Source of the DNA: Lawsonibacter sp.
Lineage (GTDB): Bacteria > Bacillota > Clostridia > Oscillospirales > Oscillospiraceae
Direction of reading: 5' to 3'
DNA: 53,747 nucleotides
Assembly (NCBI GenBank): GCA_022799835.1
Contig: JAAWPF010000001.1
Coordinates: 1 to 53,747 of the forward strand
Both the position numbers and the translations under genes were made by a program. The notes beneath the pieces are model-generated. The model made no database searches, had not been told where the DNA came from, and saw only the letters and a list, made by a program, of their open reading frames with translations. Of the stretch, positions 36,578 through 45,066 are shown piece by piece; positions within the stretch are counted from its first letter, which is position 1; each line of letters begins with the position of its first letter.

Positions 36578-38833
36578 ATGGGCAGCTTTAAGGAAGAACT
36601 GAACGCCTGTATGCAGAACGATCCGCCCCCCTGCGCGTCGGTCTGCCCCTTCGGTCTGGACGTCCGCGCCTTTATCGGCCATCTCAAGCGGGGGGCTTTC
36701 AGCGCCGCCTTTCGGCTCTACCGGGATGCGGTGGCCTTCCCCGGCATCGTCAGCCAGCTGTGCGACCGGCCCTGCCGGGACACCTGCGTCTTTTCCGCCA
36801 AGGGAGGGCCCATTGCCCTGCGGGACCTGGAGGCGGCGGCCATTGCCCATGCCCCCAACACCAGGCCAAACAACTATAACCTGCCCAAGCGGTCTGCCAG
36901 GGTCGCCGTCATCGGCGCGGGGCCCAGCGGGCTGGCCTGCGCGCTGCGGCTTGCCTCCAAAAAGTATGACGTCGTTATCTTTGAAAAAGAAGAACGTATG
37001 GGCGGTTCCCTCTGGTCTCTCCTGCCGGAACAGGTCTTTATGCCCGAGCTGGAGCGCCAGTTCATGTTTGAGAGGGTGGAATATCGCTTTTCCGCTCCGG
37101 TGGACGATCTGGCTCAAGTCCAGGCCGACGCTGTCTACGTGGCCACCGGCCGGGGTGGAGCGTGTTTTGGGCTGGAGCTGTCTGGCCAGGGGGCCTGCGC
37201 CTCCCGGAGGGAGGGCTTCTTCCTGGGCGGGGCCCTGGCAGGCAGGAGCACCATGGAGGCCATCGCCGACGGCCTGCTGGCCGCCAAGGCTATCGAGCGG
37301 TATCTGAAAATCAGGTCCATGAACGAGCCCCCGCGGGACTACTCCACCCGCTTCCACCCCAATCCCGACCTGCTGCCCTACACGCCTCCCGCCCCCAGAA
37401 CGGGGGAGGTCCTAACCAAGGAGGAGGCTGTAGCCGAGGCGGGCCGCTGCCAGCAGTGCCAGTGCGACGCCTGCGTGAAATACTGCGACCTGATGCGCAG
37501 CTATCACAAGTACCCCAAGCGGGTGGAGGAAGAGGTGCAGACCACCATCGAGCCGGTGAGCCTGTCCCGGAAGGCCCGGCTGGCCACCCGGTTTATCGCC
37601 ACCTGCAGCCACTGCGGGCTGTGCAAGCAGGTCTGCCCGGTCTCCTTGGACACCGGGGCCTACCTGCTGGACAGCCACCGCCGGATGGTGGAGGAGGAGG
37701 CCATGCCCTGGGCCTACCACGAGTTCTGGCTGCGTGACATGGAGTTCTCTAACACGGAAGCCTCTCTGGTCCTTGACCCCTCGGGGAGCGGGACCCCCAA
37801 ATACCTCTTTTTCCCCGGATGCCGGCTGGGGGGTTCCGACCCCCGGCTGGTGCTGGACAGCTTTAACACCATTCTGGTCCGCGAGCCCAGCTCAGCCCTC
37901 TATCTGGGCTGCTGCGGCGCGCCGGCGGAATGGGCGGGGGAGAAACCTCTCCACGACGAGACTGTCGGGCGTTTCGCCCAGGTCTGGGAGGGCCTGGGCC
38001 GGCCCCGCGTGGTCTTTGCCTGCCTCAACTGCCTGGGGCAGCTAACCCGGCACCTGCCCCAGGCAGAGGGAGTATCCCTCTATGAGCTGCTGGACAGCTG
38101 GGATATCCCCGTCGCCAAAATCGGAGCGGGACAGGCCGTCTCTGTCTTTGACCCCTGTCCCAGCCGGGACTTTCCCGCCGCGCAGGCGGCGGTGCGCTCT
38201 CTGGCCAGAAAGGCGGGCTTCCGTCTGGAGCCTCTGCCTCTGGAGGGGGCATACGCCCAGTGCTGCGGCTGGGGGGGACAGGTGGAGATCGCCAATCCAA
38301 AATATGCCGAGGGGGTGACCCAAAACCGCATGGAGGCCAGCCCACTGCCCTACCTGGTCTACTGCGCCAACTGCCGGGACATATTTGCCCGGCGGGGCAA
38401 GGAGACGGCCCATCTGCTGCGGGCCCTCCTTCCCCAGGGGGAGGGCGGACTGTGGAACACCTCCGCCCCCACCGCCACCCAGAGCCGGGACAACCGGCGC
38501 TGGCTGAAACGGCAGCTTTTGCTGCGATATTACCCGGAGGAGGCGCCAGAAATGGAGACAACACAAGGGACTGCCCCCCTTCTCATCACCCCGGAGCTTC
38601 TGGACAAGATGAACCGCGCCTATCTGCTGCGGGAGGACGCGGAGTTTGTGGTAGAGACCTGCGAGCGGACAGGCCAAACCCTGACCAACCCGGAGCGGGG
38701 GACTCACATCGGTCACGCCCTGGTGGGGCGCATGACGGTATGGGCAGAGTACCGAAATCTGGAGAATTGCCGGGAGCTGGTCAATATATACGCCCACCGT
38801 ATGCGGATATTGGAGGAAAACAAACATGTCTGA
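36578..38833 (+). CDS. FAD/NAD(P) oxidoreductase with GltD-like FeS N-terminus, ferredoxin dicluster and two CCG domains
   Basis: PPCASVCP...LCDRPCRDTC, VIGAGPSG, CQQCQCDACVKYC, CSHCGLCKQVCP, FFPGC..GCCGAP, DPC...QCCGWGG..YCANC. Confidence 0.9.
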   Translation: MGSFKEELNACMQNDPPPCASVCPFGLDVRAFIGHLKRGAFSAAFRLYRDAVAFPGIVSQLCDRPCRDTCVFSAKGGPIALRDLEAAAIAHAPNTRPNNYNLPKRSARVAVIGAGPSGLACALRLASKKYDVVIFEKEERMGGSLWSLLPEQVFMPELERQFMFERVEYRFSAPVDDLAQVQADAVYVATGRGGACFGLELSGQGACASRREGFFLGGALAGRSTMEAIADGLLAAKAIERYLKIRSMNEPPRDYSTRFHPNPDLLPYTPPAPRTGEVLTKEEAVAEAGRCQQCQCDACVKYCDLMRSYHKYPKRVEEEVQTTIEPVSLSRKARLATRFIATCSHCGLCKQVCPVSLDTGAYLLDSHRRMVEEEAMPWAYHEFWLRDMEFSNTEASLVLDPSGSGTPKYLFFPGCRLGGSDPRLVLDSFNTILVREPSSALYLGCCGAPAEWAGEKPLHDETVGRFAQVWEGLGRPRVVFACLNCLGQLTRHLPQAEGVSLYELLDSWDIPVAKIGAGQAVSVFDPCPSRDFPAAQAAVRSLARKAGFRLEPLPLEGAYAQCCGWGGQVEIANPKYAEGVTQNRMEASPLPYLVYCANCRDIFARRGKETAHLLRALLPQGEGGLWNTSAPTATQSRDNRRWLKRQLLLRYYPEEAPEMETTQGTAPLLITPELLDKMNRAYLLREDAEFVVETCERTGQTLTNPERGTHIGHALVGRMTVWAEYRNLENCRELVNIYAHRMRILEENKHV

Positions 38834-39017
38834 ACAGCCCTTGATTTGCAGCCTGTGCCAGTGCCCTCTGGAGATCAAGCGGGTGGATTTTGAATATGTG
38901 GGCCACACCTTTTTCGCCGACGCTCCCCGCTGCCCCCGCTGCGGCCAAGTCTACCTCTCGGAGGAGCTGGTGAAGGGCCGGGTGGCCGAGGTGGAGATGG
39001 AGCTGGAGGACAAGTGA
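38826..39017 (+). CDS. Small CxxC...CxxC protein (DVU_1557-like)
   Basis: CSLC...CPRCGQVYLSEELVKGRVAEVEMELEDK; overlaps both neighbours. Confidence 0.88.
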   Translation: MSEQPLICSLCQCPLEIKRVDFEYVGHTFFADAPRCPRCGQVYLSEELVKGRVAEVEMELEDK

Positions 39018-40261
39018 GACGCTGTGTGCTCCAGCCCTGGATCAGCGCCGAGACGGGCTGTGCCAGCCAGGAGGACCTGGACCGATGGCAGCTGGAGCGG
39101 CTGCGGGAAATCCTGAATTACGCCAAGGGCCGCAGTCTGTTCTATGGGGAACACCTGAGCAAGGTCCGGGCGGAGGACATTGCCCGCCGGGAGGACCTGT
39201 CCCGCATCCCTTTCACCACGGCGGAACAGCTGCGCGGCGACCCCAAAAGCTGGCTGTGCTGCGGCGCAAAGGAGATTGAGCGGATCATAACCCTCAAAAC
39301 CTCGGGCACCACAGCCGCCCCCAAGCGGGTATTTTTCCGCCAGGAGGACCAGGAGCGGACCGTGGACTTTTTCGCCCACGGCATGAGGGAGCTGGTCTCC
39401 CCTGGAGACCGTGCCCTGATTCTGATGCCCGGCCGCCAGCCGGGCAGCGTGGGGGACCTGCTGCGGCAGGCCCTGGAGCGCATTGGCGTGTCCGCCGTTT
39501 TGGGAGAGAAGGCGGCCGATTTGGCGGCCACTTATGACCTGCTCCGAACCTCCAGGTGCAGCTGCATTGTGGGCATTCCCGTCCAGGTGCTGGGGCTGGC
39601 GGAGTACGGGGCCGGTCTCCCCGCCGGGCAGCGGGCCGGGCTCAAGTCGGTTCTGCTCAGCGCCGACGCCGCCCACCCTGCCCTGGTTAAGCGGGTCCAG
39701 GCACTGATGCGCTGCCAGGTGTTCAACCACTTCGGCATGACAGAAATGGGCTTCGGGGCGGCGGTCGAGTGCTCTGTCCATCAGGGCTGCCACCTCCGGG
39801 AGAACCACATTCTGGCTGAGGTCATTGACCCGGACACCGGAGCCCCACTCCCCGACGGCCAGCCGGGGGAGCTGGTCCTGACCACCCTGGACCGGCGGGC
39901 CATGCCCTTTCTCCGATACCGGACGGGGGATATGGGCATCCTCCTCCCCGGGCCCTGCCCCTGCGGGAGCTTCATCCGGCGGATACTGCCCTGGGGCGGA
40001 CGGCGCGCCGACCGGGGCCGGCTGTGGGAGTTGGATGGCGTCCTGCTGGCCTGTCCGGAGGTTGTGGACTACTCCTTCGCAGAGACAGCGGAAGGCCTGG
40101 AACTCACCCTCTTCGGAGTGGTTCCTCCTGACTGCCGGGAGGCCGGCCGGCGGCTGGCCCAGGCGGGCCTCCCCCCTCCCAGCCGAATCAGCGCCCGGAC
40201 CATCTCCGGGTTCTCCGGCACTGGAATGCAGAAGCGCGGCCTGTCAGAGAGGAGAGCTTGA
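39014..40261 (+). CDS. Phenylacetate-CoA ligase-like AMP-forming enzyme (DVU_1553-like)
   Basis: TSGTTAAPKR, HFGMTE, EVIDPDTG, GELVLTTL..AMPFLRYRTGD, CPCGS. Confidence 0.9.
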   Translation: MRRCVLQPWISAETGCASQEDLDRWQLERLREILNYAKGRSLFYGEHLSKVRAEDIARREDLSRIPFTTAEQLRGDPKSWLCCGAKEIERIITLKTSGTTAAPKRVFFRQEDQERTVDFFAHGMRELVSPGDRALILMPGRQPGSVGDLLRQALERIGVSAVLGEKAADLAATYDLLRTSRCSCIVGIPVQVLGLAEYGAGLPAGQRAGLKSVLLSADAAHPALVKRVQALMRCQVFNHFGMTEMGFGAAVECSVHQGCHLRENHILAEVIDPDTGAPLPDGQPGELVLTTLDRRAMPFLRYRTGDMGILLPGPCPCGSFIRRILPWGGRRADRGRLWELDGVLLACPEVVDYSFAETAEGLELTLFGVVPPDCREAGRRLAQAGLPPPSRISARTISGFSGTGMQKRGLSERRA

Positions 40262-40262
40262 C

Positions 40263-41546
40263 ATGCGCAGAACCACCAGCGTCTGCCCTATATGCCTCAG
40301 GCGCGTCCCGGCGGTCCGGGTCAGGCGGCAGGGGCAGTATTATCTGGAAAAGACCTGCCCTGAGCACGGGGGCTTCTCTACCCTCCTCTGGCAGGGGAGC
40401 CAGCCCCTAGAGGATTGGACTGGCCCCCTCCCGGAGACCGGATCGGAGGAGGGCCTGCGCTGCCCCGAGGACTGCGGCCTGTGTAAACGGCACCTGCGGA
40501 ACACCTGCTGCACCCTGCTGGAGGTGACCGACCGGTGCAATTTGAACTGCCGCTTCTGCTTCGCGGACAACGCCCAGACCCAGGACCCGCCTCTGGAACA
40601 GGTAAAGGGATGGATCGACGGCATCGTCCGTCAGACCGGAGGGACCCTGCTCCAGCTCAGCGGCGGAGAGCCCACCCTGCGGGACGACCTGCCCCAGCTT
40701 GTGGCCTACGCCAAGGGGGCCGGCTGCCCCTATGTACAGCTGAACACCAACGGCCTGCGGCTGGCGGAATGTCCGGACTTTGTCCACGCTCTGGCACAGG
40801 CCGGATTGGATATTGTTTTTTTGCAGTTTGACGGCATGACAGAAGAGGTGTATCATATCCTCAGGGGCCGGGACATGCTGGCCGCCAAGCAGGCGGCCAT
40901 TCAGGCCTGCGCCCGGGAGAAAATTGGAGTCACCCTGGTGCCCACTCTGGTGCCCGGGGTGAATACCGGCCAGATCGGAGATATCCTCCGCTTTGCCATG
41001 TCCCGCACTCCCGACGTCCGGGGGGTCCACTTCCAGCCGGTCAGCTATTTCGGCCGGGTGCCGGAGCTTCCCGGCGACGCCCAGCGATACACCATGGGCC
41101 AGCTGTTGGACGACATCGTGGGGCAGACCGGGGGACTCATTCCCCGGGAGAGCCTGGTGCCCTCCTCCTGCGACCACCCCCTCTGCGGCCTTCACGGGGA
41201 CTACATCGCCCTGCCCCGGGGGAGGGTCTACCCCCTGTCCAACCGGAACAAGCCCCCCGCCCCCTGCTGCGGGCCCGCCGACCCGGCCCAACAGAACCGG
41301 GATTTCATCGGCTCCCGCTGGAGCCGGCCGGAGGAGGCGCGCTGCTGCCCGCCGGAGTCGGACCTCCACTCCCTGGACGGCTTTCTGGCGTGGAAACGGG
41401 CCCACGGCTTTACCATCACATCCATGAACTTTCAGGACGCGGGCAATCTGGACCTTGAACGGCTGCGTCAGTGCAGCCTCCACGTCTACCGGAACGGAAG
41501 GCGCGTCCCCTTCTGCGCGGCGTATCTCTCGCCGCTGGCCCTGTGA
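40263..41546 (+). CDS. Radical SAM protein with N-terminal metal-binding modules (TrsS-like / MJ0619-Tes-like architecture)
   Basis: CPIC...CPEH, CPEDCGLC..H..TCC, CNLNCRFC, SGGEPT, LNTNG, LQFDG, HFQP, C-terminal RQC..PFC. Confidence 0.9.
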   Translation: MRRTTSVCPICLRRVPAVRVRRQGQYYLEKTCPEHGGFSTLLWQGSQPLEDWTGPLPETGSEEGLRCPEDCGLCKRHLRNTCCTLLEVTDRCNLNCRFCFADNAQTQDPPLEQVKGWIDGIVRQTGGTLLQLSGGEPTLRDDLPQLVAYAKGAGCPYVQLNTNGLRLAECPDFVHALAQAGLDIVFLQFDGMTEEVYHILRGRDMLAAKQAAIQACAREKIGVTLVPTLVPGVNTGQIGDILRFAMSRTPDVRGVHFQPVSYFGRVPELPGDAQRYTMGQLLDDIVGQTGGLIPRESLVPSSCDHPLCGLHGDYIALPRGRVYPLSNRNKPPAPCCGPADPAQQNRDFIGSRWSRPEEARCCPPESDLHSLDGFLAWKRAHGFTITSMNFQDAGNLDLERLRQCSLHVYRNGRRVPFCAAYLSPLAL

Positions 41547-42178
41547 GCGGCTGGTGGTCCCCCCTGTTCGGCAGCTGCACCGGGGGAGAAAAGCCCGGAG
41601 GGCTGGCTCTGACCCAGCACGCCGCCGCCCGCTGCGGCTTCGGCGCCTCCAGCCGCCTGCTGGACGTTGCCGCTGGAGCGGGAGAGACCGTGCGTTTTCT
41701 GCGCCGAACCCTGGGCTGTCAAGCCGTCGGCCTGGACAGTGACCCGTCCCGGCACAGCGGCGACGTGGTCCCAGGGCGGGCAGAGGCCCTCCCCTTCCCC
41801 GCGGCCGCCTTCGACGGGGTACTGCTCGAGTGCGCCCTGTCCCAGATAGAACAGCCGGACAGCGCTCTGGCGGAGTGCGCCCGGGTACTGTGCGCAAGCG
41901 GCTTTCTGGTCCTGTCCGACCTGTACGCCCGAAGGGGTTCCGGTCCCGTTCAGACCCCCCTGGGCCGTCTGGACAGCCGGAAGAGCTTGGAATACCGCCT
42001 GAGGCGGGCTGGCCTGGAGCCCGTCCTCTTTGAGGACCACTCCCGGGCGCTCACCGACCTGTGGGCTGGGGCGGTTCTGTCGGGGACAGCCTGTACCGTC
42101 CCCCTCCGGGGCCCGGACTGGCCGGAGGACTTGCGCTGCGGCTATTATCTGTGTACCGCTCAAAAACTGAGGGAGTGA
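41543..42178 (+). CDS. Class I SAM-dependent methyltransferase (DVU_1556-like)
   Basis: KPGGLALT, LLDVAAGAG, AEALPF..AFDGVLLEC, LSDLY; GTG start overlaps the radical SAM stop. Confidence 0.88.
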   Translation: MSGWWSPLFGSCTGGEKPGGLALTQHAAARCGFGASSRLLDVAAGAGETVRFLRRTLGCQAVGLDSDPSRHSGDVVPGRAEALPFPAAAFDGVLLECALSQIEQPDSALAECARVLCASGFLVLSDLYARRGSGPVQTPLGRLDSRKSLEYRLRRAGLEPVLFEDHSRALTDLWAGAVLSGTACTVPLRGPDWPEDLRCGYYLCTAQKLRE

Positions 42179-42186
42179 GAAGCACC

Positions 42187-43245
42187 ATGCGGACCCTATA
42201 TCTGATTCGTCACGGCCAGCCCCAGGTCCAGGAGGGCCGCACCTGCGGCTACCGCTCGGACGTGCCCCTGTCCGAAAGCGGTCTGCGGCAGGCGGAGCAG
42301 CTGCGGGACTGGGCCCGCGGCCGGGACCTCAGCGCGGTATACACAAGCCCGCTGACGCGGTGCAGGCAGACCGCCGATATTCTTGCCGGAGAATATACGC
42401 CGGTCTACCTGGAGGACGGACTCCACGAACTGGACACCGGAGCCTGGACCGGCCTGTCCTTTGACGAGATTCAAAGGCGCTGGCCCGCCGAGTATGAGCG
42501 GCGCGGCCGGGAGCCGGGGACCTTCCCCCCGCCCAGAGGCGAGAGCTTCGCTCAGGCCGGCGCACGGATGGAGCAGACGGTGGGCCGGCTCCTGTCAGAA
42601 ACTCAGGGAAATTTGGCGGTGGTGGCCCACGGCGGGGTCAACCGGGGGTGGCTGTGCCGTCTGCTGGGGTACTCCCCCAACCGGGCCCTGTCCCTGCCCC
42701 AGCCCTGGGGCGGCCTGACCGAGATCGCGCTGGGGGACGGGGAACCCCAGGTCAAGCGCCTGGGCGTGCGGCCCGGACGCTGGCCTGAGCGCTGGGAGGT
42801 GGAGGCCCTCTGGAAAAAATACGCCACCCCTGTTCCGGTTCGAGCCCACTGTCAGGCGGTGGCAAAGCGGGCCGGAGAGCTGGCTGTGCAGAGCGGTCTG
42901 CCCGTTGATTGGGAGCTGCTCAACGCCGCCTGCCTGCTCCATGACCTGGTCCGGGACTGGCCCGACCACGCCCGGGCCTGCGGAGAACGCATGGTCCAGG
43001 AGGGCTGGCCGGAGCTGGGAGACCTGATCGCCGTCCACCACGACCTGCCCCAGGGCGCTGGGACGGAGGCCAGCCTGCTCTATCTGGCGGACAAGCTGGT
43101 CCAGGGGGACCGTCCGGTTACACTGGAGGAGCGGTTTGAGGCCAAACGGGCCCTGTGCGGGATTCCGGAGGCCCTGGCCGCCTGGGAGCGCCGCCGCCGC
43201 CGGACCTATCAGGCGGCTCTGGAGCTGGGGCTCAACATTGGATAA
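42187..43245 (+). CDS. Histidine phosphatase fused to a C-terminal HD domain
   Basis: YLIRHG, SPLTRCRQTA, GES, VAHGG; then AHCQAV, LLHDL, DHA, AVHHDL, YLADK. Confidence 0.88.
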   Translation: MRTLYLIRHGQPQVQEGRTCGYRSDVPLSESGLRQAEQLRDWARGRDLSAVYTSPLTRCRQTADILAGEYTPVYLEDGLHELDTGAWTGLSFDEIQRRWPAEYERRGREPGTFPPPRGESFAQAGARMEQTVGRLLSETQGNLAVVAHGGVNRGWLCRLLGYSPNRALSLPQPWGGLTEIALGDGEPQVKRLGVRPGRWPERWEVEALWKKYATPVPVRAHCQAVAKRAGELAVQSGLPVDWELLNAACLLHDLVRDWPDHARACGERMVQEGWPELGDLIAVHHDLPQGAGTEASLLYLADKLVQGDRPVTLEERFEAKRALCGIPEALAAWERRRRRTYQAALELGLNIG

Positions 43246-43259
43246 GGAGGGTGTTTTCT

Positions 43260-44204
43260 ATGGCAGAGCTGGCCGGCCTGATTCTGGCCGCCGGGGTCTC
43301 GTCCCGAATGGGGGCCTTCAAGCCCATGCTCCCGGTGGACGGAGAGACCATGATCCGCCGGGTGGCTGATATGATGTGCCGGGCGGGGGCCGATCCCATC
43401 GTTGTTGTAACCGGCTATCGCGGCCAGGAGCTGGAACAGCACCTGGCGGATACCGGGGCGCGTTTTGTCCGCAATACCCACTACTATGAGACCCAGATGC
43501 TGGACTCCCTGCTGCTGGGACTGGAGCATATCCCGGCCCAGGCCCAGCGGGTGCTGGTCTCCCCTGCCGACATCCCCCTGGTGGAGCCGGAGACGGTAGC
43601 GGCACTGCTGGCGGCGGACGGCCCTTTCGTCCGCCCGCTGTACCACCAGTCCCCCGGCCACCCGGTAGTCCTGTCCCGTAACATCCTCCCCTCCCTGCGG
43701 GTCTACAGCGGCAGCGGCGGGCTAAAAGGCGCTGTCACCGCGCTAGGCATCCCCATCACCGACGTGCCCGTGGAGGACCAGGGCACCGCTCTGGACAGCG
43801 ACACCCGGGACGAGTACGCCGCCCTATTGAAATACCGCCGGCGGCAGACCAACCGGCCCCAGCGCCTGCAGCTGGACCTGCAGGTCTGCCTCCAGGCGGA
43901 GACCTCCTTCTTCGGCCTGAGAAGCGCCCAGTTCCTGGAGCTAATCCAGACCACCGGCTCCATGCTCAGCGCCTGTCAGTGTATGCACATGTCCTACTCC
44001 AAGGGCTGGGGCATGATTAATGAGATGGAGCGCCAGCTGGGCTGCCCGGTACTGATTCGAAGTCAGGGGGGCAGCAACGGCGGTGGCTCCAGTCTGACGG
44101 AGCAGGGCGCCGCCCTGCTGTCCGCCTACCGGAAGCTCCAGGAGGACGTTCAAAGTTACAGCCAACAGGCTTTCGCAAAATATTTCCCCGGAAAACCATC
44201 TTGA
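43260..44204 (+). CDS. MocA/MobA-like NTP transferase fused to a ModE-type winged HTH
   Basis: LILAAGVSSRMGAFKPML, PADIP, GHPV, GGLK, DSDT; then FGLRSAQFLELIQTTGSMLSACQCMHMSYSKGW..RSQGGSNGGGSSLT. Confidence 0.9.
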   Translation: MAELAGLILAAGVSSRMGAFKPMLPVDGETMIRRVADMMCRAGADPIVVVTGYRGQELEQHLADTGARFVRNTHYYETQMLDSLLLGLEHIPAQAQRVLVSPADIPLVEPETVAALLAADGPFVRPLYHQSPGHPVVLSRNILPSLRVYSGSGGLKGAVTALGIPITDVPVEDQGTALDSDTRDEYAALLKYRRRQTNRPQRLQLDLQVCLQAETSFFGLRSAQFLELIQTTGSMLSACQCMHMSYSKGWGMINEMERQLGCPVLIRSQGGSNGGGSSLTEQGAALLSAYRKLQEDVQSYSQQAFAKYFPGKPS

Positions 44205-44222
44205 TAATTGGAGGTAACAACC

Positions 44223-45050
44223 ATGCGCGAGCTATTTCAACAGATGAACCAGCTCCTGGCCCAGGGGGAAAATCTGGTCCTGGTGACTGTGACGGCCAGC
44301 AGCGGCTCCACCCCCCGTGGAGCGGGGGCCAACATGCTGGTGTCCGCCCAGGGCCGCGTCGCCGGGACCATCGGCGGGGGCGCGGTGGAGTACCGCAGCG
44401 AGCAGATTGCCAAAGAGGCGCTGGCGGAGGGCAGATCCCGGCTGGAGAGCTTCCGGCTGCGGCCCAATGAGGTCCAGGACCTGGGCATGATCTGCGGCGG
44501 CGATGTGGACGTCAGCTTCCGCTATCTGGCGGGCGGCGACGCGGACGCCATCGCCTGGGCCCGGGCAGAGGAACAGCGGCTGCTCCCGCCGGGGAGGGTC
44601 TATATTTTCGGCGGCGGACATGTGGCCCAGGCTCTGGTCCCGGCGCTGGCGGCCATTGACTTCCGGTGCGTGGTGCTGGAGGACCGGGAAGCTTTCTGCC
44701 TGCCCGAACTCTTCCCCGGCGCGGAGGAAACCCGGCTGATTCAGAACAACGACCCCGCCGCCTATCGGGACATCACCGCCGATGACTATATCGCGGTGAT
44801 GACCAGAGGCCATAAGGACGACCTGACTGTACAGGCTCAGGCGCTGAAAACCCCGGCCAGATATATCGGCGTCATCGGAAGCCGGAGAAAGACGGCGGCG
44901 GTGTTCGCCAAGCTGAAAGAGATGGGCTATACCGATGCCGACCTGGCCCGGATCACCACCCCCATCGGTCTGGACATCAAGGCCGAGACCCCCGCGGAGA
45001 TCGCGGTAAGCATCGCGGCCCAGTTGATTATGCTGCGGTCCGGAAAATAG
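44223..45050 (+). CDS. XdhC/CoxI family Moco sulfuration/insertion chaperone
   Basis: GSTPRGAGA, GTIGGGAVE, GMICGG, FGGGHVA, YIGVIGSRRK, PIGLDI.AETPAEIAVSI. Confidence 0.93.
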   Translation: MRELFQQMNQLLAQGENLVLVTVTASSGSTPRGAGANMLVSAQGRVAGTIGGGAVEYRSEQIAKEALAEGRSRLESFRLRPNEVQDLGMICGGDVDVSFRYLAGGDADAIAWARAEEQRLLPPGRVYIFGGGHVAQALVPALAAIDFRCVVLEDREAFCLPELFPGAEETRLIQNNDPAAYRDITADDYIAVMTRGHKDDLTVQAQALKTPARYIGVIGSRRKTAAVFAKLKEMGYTDADLARITTPIGLDIKAETPAEIAVSIAAQLIMLRSGK

Positions 45051-45066
45051 GCAAAGGAGGCTCCCA

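Noticed and set aside
33455-37357. 1300-aa ORF on the minus strand
   Set aside because: Antisense shadow of the GC3-biased AOR and oxidoreductase genes; no motifs and no RBS.
32761-42178. Selenocysteine recoding in the radical SAM, C-GCAxxG-C-C or methyltransferase genes
   Set aside because: The ORFs look full-length with Cys; their TGA stops fall at natural C-termini, often overlapping the next start; no sel genes in the window.
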